In this document: piece by piece, positions 17,049 to 25,182 of the stretch
How positions within the stretch are numbered: position 1 is the first letter of the stretch
Layout of the letters: each line of letters opens with the position of its first letter
Source of the DNA: Candidatus Heimdallarchaeota archaeon
Lineage (GTDB): Archaea > Asgardarchaeota > Heimdallarchaeia > Heimdallarchaeales > Kariarchaeaceae
DNA: 32,000 nucleotides
Assembly (NCBI GenBank): GCA_030149205.1
Contig: JASBSB010000001.1
Coordinates: 30,001-62,000 of the forward strand
Reading direction: 5' to 3'
Translations under genes and position numbers: made by a program
The notes under the pieces: generated by a model
Databases searched by the model: none
What the model was told of the DNA's origin: nothing
What the model saw: the letters and a program-made list of their open reading frames with translations, nothing else

Positions 17049-18191
17049 TCACTCCCATACGGTGACAATTACCACAAATGCAACCTCTCTAATAAGAATG
17101 ATCTTGGTAATAGAGGAACTTGGTACTGGTGGTAATTTCGTTGGTTGAACAACAGGCGCTATTTTACCGTCAAGTGTGGTCGGAAATACATTAACTGCAA
17201 CATATCCCGTATTTGTGCCAGTACTTGAAATTGCCACAAACACAACAATCCCTGCTGGTGGAACTCTAACATTAGAAGCATTATGGAAGTTTGTGGTTGT
17301 AACAATTGAGGCTGAAGAAACGCTAGTGGTGTTAACAGCACCTGGTTGACCAGTATAAAGTACCTCAATAGAATTCAACGTTTCACCTGTGTGTGTTTCC
17401 ATTACAAAGTTTACAGAGCTGGTGGAGGAGTTGAAGTTTTCAAATACATTTGATTTAGCAGGGAGAAAATTTACATTTGTGTTTGCCTTATACTGGTATA
17501 AGTCTACATCCTGTCCAATTCCTTTCACGTTAGCAATGGAGACTACCTGGACAAATCCACTCTGAATTGCTCCTGTCAGTGTAAGAGAATATCCCCCTGT
17601 TGAATTGGTGAGCCCAACACTTGAAACTGTAACTGGAGTTGCCCCTGAGAGTGAAACTCCATACAGTGAAATTGCTGCTTTTGAAATCCCTTGGATTGAA
17701 TTTCTTGTTACCTTGCCTGTAACAATCAGATTGGTCCCAGACACTGTCACTGAGTATATTGTGTTGTTAATCGTTGAAGATATCGAAATTGAGAAAGACT
17801 TATTTGAAGACTCCACATGACCAAGAAGAGAGTTATAATCCATGTAATACTGAGTTAGACTGGAGTTAGATAATCGCCCCACTTTGGTTGGACTTATGGT
17901 ATTTCCATGTAACATTCCAAATTTCCAACTTGTTCCAAGCAAATTGGTTGTTTGGGTTCTTTCCCAATTGGAAGGTGTTCCAGCCTGATTGAAGACAGAG
18001 TTATACACAAGATTGGTTTGCGTGTCACGTTTAATTATGTTAAAACTCACCTGAGTATTTGATATTAAATTACTGGTCAACACCAATATCTGTGTCATAA
18101 CCAAAACAAATACAATCATTGCTAAAGCGAAATCAATTCCCCGAATCTGGGATCTATTTCCTCTGATTATTCTGATCTTCCGTAAATTCAT
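17049..18191 (-). CDS. Large minor pilin/adhesin-like protein (class III signal peptide)
   Basis: ...RGNRS|QIRGIDFALAMIVFVLVM, GTPSNW motif, S/T/N/G-rich Ig-like body with N-glycosylation sequons. Confidence 0.75.
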   Translation of the reverse strand: MNLRKIRIIRGNRSQIRGIDFALAMIVFVLVMTQILVLTSNLISNTQVSFNIIKRDTQTNLVYNSVFNQAGTPSNWERTQTTNLLGTSWKFGMLHGNTISPTKVGRLSNSSLTQYYMDYNSLLGHVESSNKSFSISISSTINNTIYSVTVSGTNLIVTGKVTRNSIQGISKAAISLYGVSLSGATPVTVSSVGLTNSTGGYSLTLTGAIQSGFVQVVSIANVKGIGQDVDLYQYKANTNVNFLPAKSNVFENFNSSTSSVNFVMETHTGETLNSIEVLYTGQPGAVNTTSVSSASIVTTTNFHNASNVRVPPAGIVVFVAISSTGTNTGYVAVNVFPTTLDGKIAPVVQPTKLPPVPSSSITKIILIREVAFVVIVTVWE

Positions 18192-18192
18192 T

Positions 18193-18606
18193 TTAATCTT
18201 TAAGCACTGTTTCCTCTAGTAGAGACTTGATGTCAGATAGAGAAGACTCTAACTTCACCATCTCTAAGCCATTTTGAAATAGGGTTGTCAATCTTGCAAT
18301 TGTTTCCTGGGCTTCTTTCATTCTTTCAGAAGCAAGGGTATCTAATCTTGCGTTGATTTCATCAATTGTATCTTTGGTGACCAATTTGCTTGAGAGTTCA
18401 TCAAGACGTTCTTGAATTGGTCCAAGATCAACAGTGGATGTACCACCACCTCCACTGCTTCCACCATCCTCACTTACTACTCCTGGTTGGATTTTTCCAA
18501 TCTCAGAAATAAGTCTAAGTATTTGGAAACTAATTTGACTGTGCTCTTTTTTCAATGCTTGAATTTCATTTTTGAGAGTGGAGATTTCATCTTCCAGCTT
18601 TGCCAT
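18193..18606 (-). CDS. Soluble coiled-coil protein with a central Gly/Ser linker
   Basis: Heptad pattern LEDEISTLKNEIQALKKE, linker DGGSSGGGGTS, then a second helical region; stop codon is 1 nt from the pilin start. Confidence 0.75.
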   Translation of the reverse strand: MAKLEDEISTLKNEIQALKKEHSQISFQILRLISEIGKIQPGVVSEDGGSSGGGGTSTVDLGPIQERLDELSSKLVTKDTIDEINARLDTLASERMKEAQETIARLTTLFQNGLEMVKLESSLSDIKSLLEETVLKD

Positions 18607-18679
18607 TCTTAATTAAAATTGTTTTAATTAATTAAAATCCTTTCGGAATTATGTCACGTTCTTTGATACCTTTGAATCT

Positions 18680-19684
18680 TTATTTAGCTATTAAGAATTT
18701 ATGAGCTAAGAAAGCAATTAACATTAACACGGATGAATGGATCAATCCTATTTTAAGTTTACCTGATCCCATTTTTCCTGCTGTCAGACCAGAGAAGAAC
18801 CCCTGTGTTAACAAGACATATAGAAATATGGTTCTAAAGGCATGAATTGGAATTGGGATCACTTCTACATTATTGACGGGAATTGCTGTTGCACCGAAGG
18901 TTTCAAAGAATGTGGCAAACAGAATATAGATTACAAAAACAAAAATAAGATAACTCGCATAAACTACCACTATGTAAGGTTGGATTTGGGTTTCTCTTTC
19001 TCTTTTAATATCTAGAATTTCTTGAATGTGCTGTTGTGCTGCGTCAAATATTTGCTCCAAATCTCCACCTGATCGTTCGGCTTCGAGAATCAGGATACTC
19101 GCTTGTTTTGCCAGTGGAGTCCCAATACTCTCCCTGAAAGATACCATAGCATCTCTGAAGGGGACACCCCAAGATACCTTAGCTGCCAATTTCTTTAGTT
19201 CTGGAGTAAGAGGGCCATAATTACGTTTGGCAGCCTCTGCGATTGCTCTGGGCAGATGCATTCCTATCCTTTGACTGTCAGCAATTTCTCTAAGAAGAAA
19301 AGGTAAGTTATCGTCAATAGCTTTTAATCTCCTCTCATTTCTAAAGTAAATAGCAAATGATGGGATGCCTATTAGAATGATAAGTGACATGGCTATCCAG
19401 TCATGGACAGACAGATTTAACGCGTTTGGAATTATACCTTGAGCACCGGTAGGAACGGATACTAAACCAAATATTGGTGATACGGTTTGAGATTTACCTG
19501 TTGAAGGGTTAACATATGTAACTGAAGAGGAAGCGGGAATAATTTTGTAATCATTAAAATACTCCAGAAATCCCACTGCGAGGAATAGAACTGCTAAGAA
19601 TATAGTAACTATCCAGATCAAAGTATCAGAACTGACATCTGTTTTCTTTCTTGAGAGTTTTGGCATGTTTTTATCCTTGTACAT
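18680..19684 (-). CDS. Type II secretion system F family / TadC-like pilus platform protein
   Basis: IDDNLPFLLREIADSQRIG, YGPLTPELKK, EAERSGGDL, FFSGLTAGKM; multiple TMs. ATG 19684 follows GGAGG (ORF open from 19708). Confidence 0.9.
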   Translation of the reverse strand: MYKDKNMPKLSRKKTDVSSDTLIWIVTIFLAVLFLAVGFLEYFNDYKIIPASSSVTYVNPSTGKSQTVSPIFGLVSVPTGAQGIIPNALNLSVHDWIAMSLIILIGIPSFAIYFRNERRLKAIDDNLPFLLREIADSQRIGMHLPRAIAEAAKRNYGPLTPELKKLAAKVSWGVPFRDAMVSFRESIGTPLAKQASILILEAERSGGDLEQIFDAAQQHIQEILDIKRERETQIQPYIVVVYASYLIFVFVIYILFATFFETFGATAIPVNNVEVIPIPIHAFRTIFLYVLLTQGFFSGLTAGKMGSGKLKIGLIHSSVLMLIAFLAHKFLIAK

Positions 19685-19685
19685 T

Positions 19686-20612
19686 TTATTCCTCCGGTTG
19701 TAGTCCATCTACTAGTATAATTATTATCCCTTGTAGCATTGGAATGACTATGAATGCAAGTGCTAATACTATTCCAGAAAGTGCATCATGATTTATAGTC
19801 CCCTGCATTGCTACCATTGCAATCATCACAACAATAAACGTTGGGGTTACAATACACATTACCAAAAACAACTCTGCCATTAACCCAAGACTTTCGATAA
19901 AACCTTTTTCAATTTGTAATTTATCATTCATTAAGGTTTTAGAAGTGTTTTGTAAATATGATTGAAGATCTCCACCACTTGTAAAAGTACTTACTATCCC
20001 TTCAAGAAATGCTGAATATTTGGGTGAGGGAGACCTCTTAGACGCATTTTCTATTGCCCGTATAATATCTTGATTGAAGATTTCAACATCTCTTGCAATA
20101 ATTTTTGCATCTTCCTTTAGATACAGATCCATTTCATCTTGGGCAAGTGAAAGAAAAATTTTGTCAGGTGTCACACCTGCAGAGGCCATTGCAGTCATAT
20201 AACTCGCTGCTGTTGGTAAACTTGCCTCAATTTTTCTCTTACGGGTGTTTACCTTAAGAGAGACATTGAAGATAATAACGGAATATGTCACAAAGGCAGA
20301 TATAATCCCGAAAAGAATCGGAAACACAATAGGAAAGGAGATTTGAGGTGCAGATACGTTGACAAAGAACCATGCAAGTACACCAAATCCAGTGACAAAA
20401 AGCATGGTCAAGATAGATTCAAATATTGTGACTGAGAGGAACATACGCAGGCTCTTTTCAACACCTGCCCTCCTTAATTGTCGTTTTAGGTCTTCAAACC
20501 TATCAATTCTTTTTTCTACAACCCATCCAAAGTATCGATATGCAAATGTGTCAAAAAATCTTGATTTTTTCTCGAAACTCGACAAGGTACTCTTATCTAA
20601 ATTATTTACCAA
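19686..20612 (-). CDS. Type II secretion system F family / TadB/TadC-like pilus platform protein
   Basis: IEASLPTAASYMTAMASAG, RSPSPKYSAFLEGIV...SGGDL; five predicted TMs. Confidence 0.9.
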   Translation of the reverse strand: MVNNLDKSTLSSFEKKSRFFDTFAYRYFGWVVEKRIDRFEDLKRQLRRAGVEKSLRMFLSVTIFESILTMLFVTGFGVLAWFFVNVSAPQISFPIVFPILFGIISAFVTYSVIIFNVSLKVNTRKRKIEASLPTAASYMTAMASAGVTPDKIFLSLAQDEMDLYLKEDAKIIARDVEIFNQDIIRAIENASKRSPSPKYSAFLEGIVSTFTSGGDLQSYLQNTSKTLMNDKLQIEKGFIESLGLMAELFLVMCIVTPTFIVVMIAMVAMQGTINHDALSGIVLALAFIVIPMLQGIIIILVDGLQPEE

Positions 20613-20655
20613 GTATATAATTTTTTATGAAGTTGGGATAGATAAATGACTGTTC

Positions 20656-21600
20656 TTAATAAATCTCTTCAGAGTCATCCCAAATGGTGTTAATTACCTG
20701 TTGAAGGGCTCTCTCGTCATCTTGAACATCTATTATCGGAATATTATGTTCTTTGCATTGATTCACAAGATACTTTTGAATTTCTCTGATATTTTCGAAT
20801 AGTTCAGAGTATTTGGTACCTCTTTTCAAATTTGCCTCACGTTTTCTAAGTCTTGCCATGTGTTCGTCTTCATCATTTAGTGTCAGTGCAATTTGAATTA
20901 TATTTGGGAAGTTGAGTACTTTTTTACTTAATATTCCCGGGAGAATATGGACACCCTCTATAATTAAAACTTGATTATCTTGAATACACCTCAAGATTGC
21001 AGCTTCTATTCCAGTCATTACCAATCTGGATTGCTCTTCAAATGCCAAAATGTTTTTTGTGGTGTTTGGGAGAGGGGGATCAATGATTGTTGGTGCTCCT
21101 GCGTAGGAGGAGGTGTGTAAAGAAGGCATTAAAGTTTCAGAAAAAACAGACCTCATTACCTCTCGAATTGAGTCAGTTCCAATAAGAAGCCTAATTCCCA
21201 AGCGATTTGAAAGGTGTTCAGCCAAAGTTGATTTTCCAATACCTGTGACTCCCCCAATTAGGATTACTAGGGGAGAAATGGGTTCTAATTTTTCTCTTAA
21301 TATACGAATTCTCTGGGCTTGTTTTTTTGAACGTTCATCATACCACAACTGGGTTAAAGTCATTAACTCATTTGTTGTAATGGAACTGATATTTAGTTTT
21401 AATAGCTGACCTGCAATTCCAAGTGAATCTTCATATGCCTGATCATAGGTTAAACCTATTGCAAGCAGTATATTAGCAAGATAACCAACTGAGAACGGTG
21501 ACTTTTTGTTAGATCTACTTATAACCTCAATCTTGTTTATGTCATTAAAGTCAACTGGTTCGGTTCCTTCCTTCTCGTTTGAGGAGATATCACTAGTCAA
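20656..21600 (-). CDS. pgk2: 2-phosphoglycerate kinase family protein (ATP-cone-like N-terminus plus P-loop)
   Basis: PFSVGYLANIL, GGVTGIGKST, TDSIREVMR, LHTSSY, IEGVHILPG. Confidence 0.8.
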   Translation of the reverse strand: MTSDISSNEKEGTEPVDFNDINKIEVISRSNKKSPFSVGYLANILLAIGLTYDQAYEDSLGIAGQLLKLNISSITTNELMTLTQLWYDERSKKQAQRIRILREKLEPISPLVILIGGVTGIGKSTLAEHLSNRLGIRLLIGTDSIREVMRSVFSETLMPSLHTSSYAGAPTIIDPPLPNTTKNILAFEEQSRLVMTGIEAAILRCIQDNQVLIIEGVHILPGILSKKVLNFPNIIQIALTLNDEDEHMARLRKREANLKRGTKYSELFENIREIQKYLVNQCKEHNIPIIDVQDDERALQQVINTIWDDSEEIY

Positions 21601-21648
21601 TTTATAAAATATTTCTCGACAACTTTATAATGTTTCTTCTATACAAAT

Positions 21649-21664
21649 ATTATTACGTAATAAT
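21649..21664. promoter_or_regulatory. Perfect 16-bp palindrome ATTATTACGTAATAAT in the divergent intergenic region; candidate operator
   Basis: Sequence read directly; the operator role is inferred from position only. Confidence 0.4.
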
Positions 21665-21681
21665 CCTAGAGTTGCTTTAAG

Positions 21682-22599
21682 TTGAGTTCGAAAATAATGG
21701 TTCTTGGAAATGGATTTGAATATGCTTTCAGTCGTGGTCTAATTGCCAAGGAATTGAACTCTAAGGGACTGGATTATAATTTAGGATATGAGATAGCAAA
21801 ACAGACCCAAAAGATTCTTCTCAATAGAAAGAACCGTCAAATAACAGAAAAAGAGCTCGATAAACTGATTGAAGACCAAGCTCTTTCCCATCTGAATGAA
21901 GGTATCTCAATTAAAAATTATATGATCATTCGAAGGTGGTTACGAAGTGGGACACCAATTATCATTTTGCTTTCTGGGTCACCTGGTGCAGGAAAACAAC
22001 CATTAGGTAAAAAAATTGCGACTCGCTTGGGAATTTCTCAGGTCATTCCATCAGATATGATTGTCGCTTTACTCAGAAATCTCATATCAGCAAGATTGGC
22101 ACCAGAGCTCCATGCTGAGAGTTACAAGGCTTCAGAACATTTAAAACCTAAATTTGCGGTTAATTACGACCGAGTAATCATAGGGTATGAAGAACATACA
22201 AAGTATGTTGTTGAAGCAATTGAATCCATGATACTTAGAGCATTGAAAGAAGATAATAGCATTGTAATACATGGAGAGCACTTGGCTCCCAATTTGTTTA
22301 AGAAAGAGATATTAAGCCATCCCTTTGTCTTTCATATAACTATTCATCAAAGTGACCCTAAAATTCATCTTAAACAGTTGCTTGAGTCCTTAGATCAAGA
22401 ACAACAGTATGAAACAACAAAAGAGTTTCCACAGATTCGGAAGATCCAGGAGTTTTTGAAAAAGCAAGCTGAAACTCTTGAACTTCCAATATTTTCAACC
22501 CAAAAGGATTCCAATGACCTATTTGACCCTGTTATTGAGTATATAATAGAAACACTTGAGAAGAGATTAAATTCATCGGTCAGTCCAAACTCATCTTAA
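21682..22599 (+). CDS. 2-phosphoglycerate kinase-like paralogue with a degenerate Walker A
   Basis: AFSRGLIAKEL, SGSPGAGKQP, LHAESY, IGYEEH, HGEHLAP; collinear with the neighbouring paralogue. Confidence 0.75.
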   Translation: MSSKIMVLGNGFEYAFSRGLIAKELNSKGLDYNLGYEIAKQTQKILLNRKNRQITEKELDKLIEDQALSHLNEGISIKNYMIIRRWLRSGTPIIILLSGSPGAGKQPLGKKIATRLGISQVIPSDMIVALLRNLISARLAPELHAESYKASEHLKPKFAVNYDRVIIGYEEHTKYVVEAIESMILRALKEDNSIVIHGEHLAPNLFKKEILSHPFVFHITIHQSDPKIHLKQLLESLDQEQQYETTKEFPQIRKIQEFLKKQAETLELPIFSTQKDSNDLFDPVIEYIIETLEKRLNSSVSPNSS

Positions 22600-22605
22600 A
22601 TAATT

Positions 22606-23478
22606 CTAAAGATATCTAAATATTATCGCCAGTGTTATCCCTCCAACTCCTGCAATAAAGGTTGCAAACAGAAATGTTAGAAGATCTTGTTTATCATACT
22701 TTTTGGAGCTAAGTTTATTCAAATGGTTTTCGATTCGACGAATTGACCTATCCAGGTCCCTAAAAAGACCACTTGTGTCAACACTGCTTGGTTTTGGGTT
22801 TGCTCCATCTACTTCCTCAACGAGATCCAACCACCTATTTAAAGCCCCAAAATCTTCAGTAGAGAGGTTTGCCTTATGTGCATTAAGATCATTCCTTATC
22901 AATTCTACTTTTTCTCGAGTTATCTTTGGTGCATAGAATAATGGTTTAGATAGTTCTTGAATCTCTAGTTCAGGAAATTTAGATTTTAGATATACCGCTA
23001 ACCCAAATTCCAATCCATCAATAACCTCATAGTGAATCTTAAGTGCTGAATTGTTTCTAACAACGTAGACACCAAAATCTAAATTATTTAGAGTTAAAGT
23101 TTCCTGATACTTTAATGGATCGATGACAATAGCAATCGCTTCTGGAAACAAATTTTGATAGTTTGATTGGGTGTTAATATCTGTTCCTGACATAAAGGAG
23201 GTTAATCCTGGGTGAGTGTGCCACCACCCAACGATTGTTTTGTTATCAGTTCTGTTGCTCACCTTCATAACTGCATTTACTAGCGCCTGATCTGACATTG
23301 TAACGTGAACAGATGTTCCCTCTTGTTCTCCCACCTCAATTTCATCCACATATAACACGCCTTCATCTAAATGTCCTATTAGAAGACCCGCAGTCTCTTT
23401 CCCAGGGTGAGTCTTATCAAAATGAATCATTTGTGCAACAGCTTTTGCCTTAATTTTAACGAGAGGTGGTGTACTCAT
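22606..23478 (-). CDS. MPN+/JAMM metalloisopeptidase (Rpn11/CSN5-like) with a helical C-terminal region and a C-terminal TM anchor
   Basis: KETAGLLIG, GWWHTHPGLTSFMSGTDINTQ (H-x-H-x7-S-x2-D), AIVIDP; C-terminal LLTFLFATFIAGVGGITLAIIF-RYL. Confidence 0.88.
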   Translation of the reverse strand: MSTPPLVKIKAKAVAQMIHFDKTHPGKETAGLLIGHLDEGVLYVDEIEVGEQEGTSVHVTMSDQALVNAVMKVSNRTDNKTIVGWWHTHPGLTSFMSGTDINTQSNYQNLFPEAIAIVIDPLKYQETLTLNNLDFGVYVVRNNSALKIHYEVIDGLEFGLAVYLKSKFPELEIQELSKPLFYAPKITREKVELIRNDLNAHKANLSTEDFGALNRWLDLVEEVDGANPKPSSVDTSGLFRDLDRSIRRIENHLNKLSSKKYDKQDLLTFLFATFIAGVGGITLAIIFRYL

Positions 23479-23557
23479 CTAACTATTATTTTTCTATAAA
23501 GTAAATAAAAGTCTCTAATATATTTTGCCTAATTTATTAATATTTCATAAAACAGTA

Positions 23558-25105
23558 TCATGATGTTAACCCACGCTTCGCCTTTTCATAAACCTTGTCT
23601 GGGTTTGAGTAATATTCAGCAATCTGGGCAGAGACGTCTCTGAAATGTCTGATTTGTTTTTTGGCAAGCCATCTTAGCACAACCTCCCTTCTTTCAATTT
23701 CATCCCAGCACTCTTGATCACTCATACCTGTGGTGTTTTTGATTTTTTCAATAAGATATGATCTTCCAAAGAAGGAGAAGTTATCCTTGGTTGCGTTCCA
23801 TGAGTACAGCTTATTTGTAAGTAGTTGTTTAGTTACGGGGTCGAGGTCTATTATTTCAGTCACCTCTATAGACCTTCTCGCAAATTTACCTTGGGTTCTT
23901 ACTTTCTTCTGTATGTGAATTAAATCCAGAGATTTGATCATTGCCCTCGGTACGTTCATTGGTGCAGACTCTAGTCTTCCAATAACACCTTGAACACTGT
24001 CACCGTGTATGGTTCCCATCCCTGCATGTCCTGTTGACATTGCCTGGAAAAGAGTATATGCCTCGGCACCACGAATTTCACCCACTATGATGAAGTCAGG
24101 CCTTTGTCTCATTGCAGCTCTAAGTAGATCGAACATTGAGATCTCTCCTCTTTGAGTTCCATCACTGCTTTTGTTTCCGAAACCACCTCTGGAAACTGAT
24201 GGAATCCAGTTTTCCAGCCCAATGTTTAATTCCGCGGTATCTTCAATAGAAACAACTTTCAGATCAGGTTTCAACAGCATAGACAGAGCATTTAGAAATG
24301 ATGTTTTTCCTGCTGCTGTTCCTCCAGCAATTAGCAGACTCATTTGATATTGTATAATGAACCAATAATATGCAGCGATTTTACTGTCAACTGTGTTTGT
24401 TATAATTAGATCTGTTATTGTCCAAGGGTCTGCCCTGAATCTTCTGATTGTGAAGGTCGAGCCTTTTTGGGTCACTTCCCTTCCAAAAGAGAGTTGGAGA
24501 CGAGAACCATCAGGAAGGGACGCATCTAGTAATGGTTGAGCGATAGATACATGTCTCCCAGATCGCTGGGCTAATTTAATTATAAAAGAATCTAATTCTG
24601 TTTCATCAGTAAACATTATGTTAGAGGCAATTGACTCAAAATCACGGTGCCAGATATAAATTGGGACATTTAAACCATCACATGAGATATCTTCTATTAG
24701 ATGATCATGTAGGAGGGGGTCTATGATACCATATCCTATTAAATCTCTTTCAATGTAATACATTAATTTAGCCTGTTGCTCAGCTGTAAGTTTAATCCCA
24801 TACGTTTTGATTGTGTCGGTAACCATTTTTTTCAAATAGTCTTGAGCCTTTCCCTCGTTTGAAAGAACAGTGAAATCCACAGCCAATTCTTCAATTAAAA
24901 CATCTTTAATGAAGTTAAAATATTTTTCCTCAGTTGTATCAAGTTGATCCTCCATAACTTGATAGGTGGTTCTTTTGCTTACAGGGTCAGTCTGTATTAG
25001 TGCATAAGAATATGGTGGTTTCAGGGGATAATTCCCCTGTAAAATTGGCATAGTGCTTTCAACACTTGCCAGATCATCTAGTTTGGGCATCTCAAATTCC
25101 GACAT
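23558..25105 (-). CDS. Type IV pilus/secretion ATPase (VirB11/TadA/ArlI family)
   Basis: Walker A GGTAAGKTS, Asp box IEDTAEL, Walker B IIVGEIRG, His box GHAGMGTIH, IEDISCDG. Confidence 0.95.
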   Translation of the reverse strand: MSEFEMPKLDDLASVESTMPILQGNYPLKPPYSYALIQTDPVSKRTTYQVMEDQLDTTEEKYFNFIKDVLIEELAVDFTVLSNEGKAQDYLKKMVTDTIKTYGIKLTAEQQAKLMYYIERDLIGYGIIDPLLHDHLIEDISCDGLNVPIYIWHRDFESIASNIMFTDETELDSFIIKLAQRSGRHVSIAQPLLDASLPDGSRLQLSFGREVTQKGSTFTIRRFRADPWTITDLIITNTVDSKIAAYYWFIIQYQMSLLIAGGTAAGKTSFLNALSMLLKPDLKVVSIEDTAELNIGLENWIPSVSRGGFGNKSSDGTQRGEISMFDLLRAAMRQRPDFIIVGEIRGAEAYTLFQAMSTGHAGMGTIHGDSVQGVIGRLESAPMNVPRAMIKSLDLIHIQKKVRTQGKFARRSIEVTEIIDLDPVTKQLLTNKLYSWNATKDNFSFFGRSYLIEKIKNTTGMSDQECWDEIERREVVLRWLAKKQIRHFRDVSAQIAEYYSNPDKVYEKAKRGLTS

Positions 25106-25144
25106 TGTTAGGTCACTTATTCTTAATACATATTAGATTTAATC

Positions 25145-25157
25145 ATATAAAACAATT
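25145..25157 (-). promoter_or_regulatory. Putative BRE/TATA promoter (AATTGTTTTATAT) of the pilus ATPase gene
   Basis: TTTTATA box about 40 nt upstream of the ATG; a near-identical motif lies at 29555-29567. Confidence 0.45.
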
Positions 25158-25182
25158 TCTTGAGTTTATACCTTCAAATATA

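Noticed and set aside
18609-18631. 10-bp inverted repeat TTAATTAAAA-TTG-TTTTAATTAA upstream of the coiled-coil gene
   Set aside because: The arms are A/T only in a very AT-rich spacer, so it is likely by chance.
22606-22800. SNARE motif in the JAMM protein's coiled coil plus TM tail
   Set aside because: The clear heptad stretch is only about 25 aa and is broken by a Pro-containing linker, too short for a 60-70-aa SNARE motif.
15895-25105. Archaellum (flagellum) operon
   Set aside because: No archaellin N-terminal signature, no ArlH/F/G, and two TadB/C-like platform genes instead of one ArlJ.
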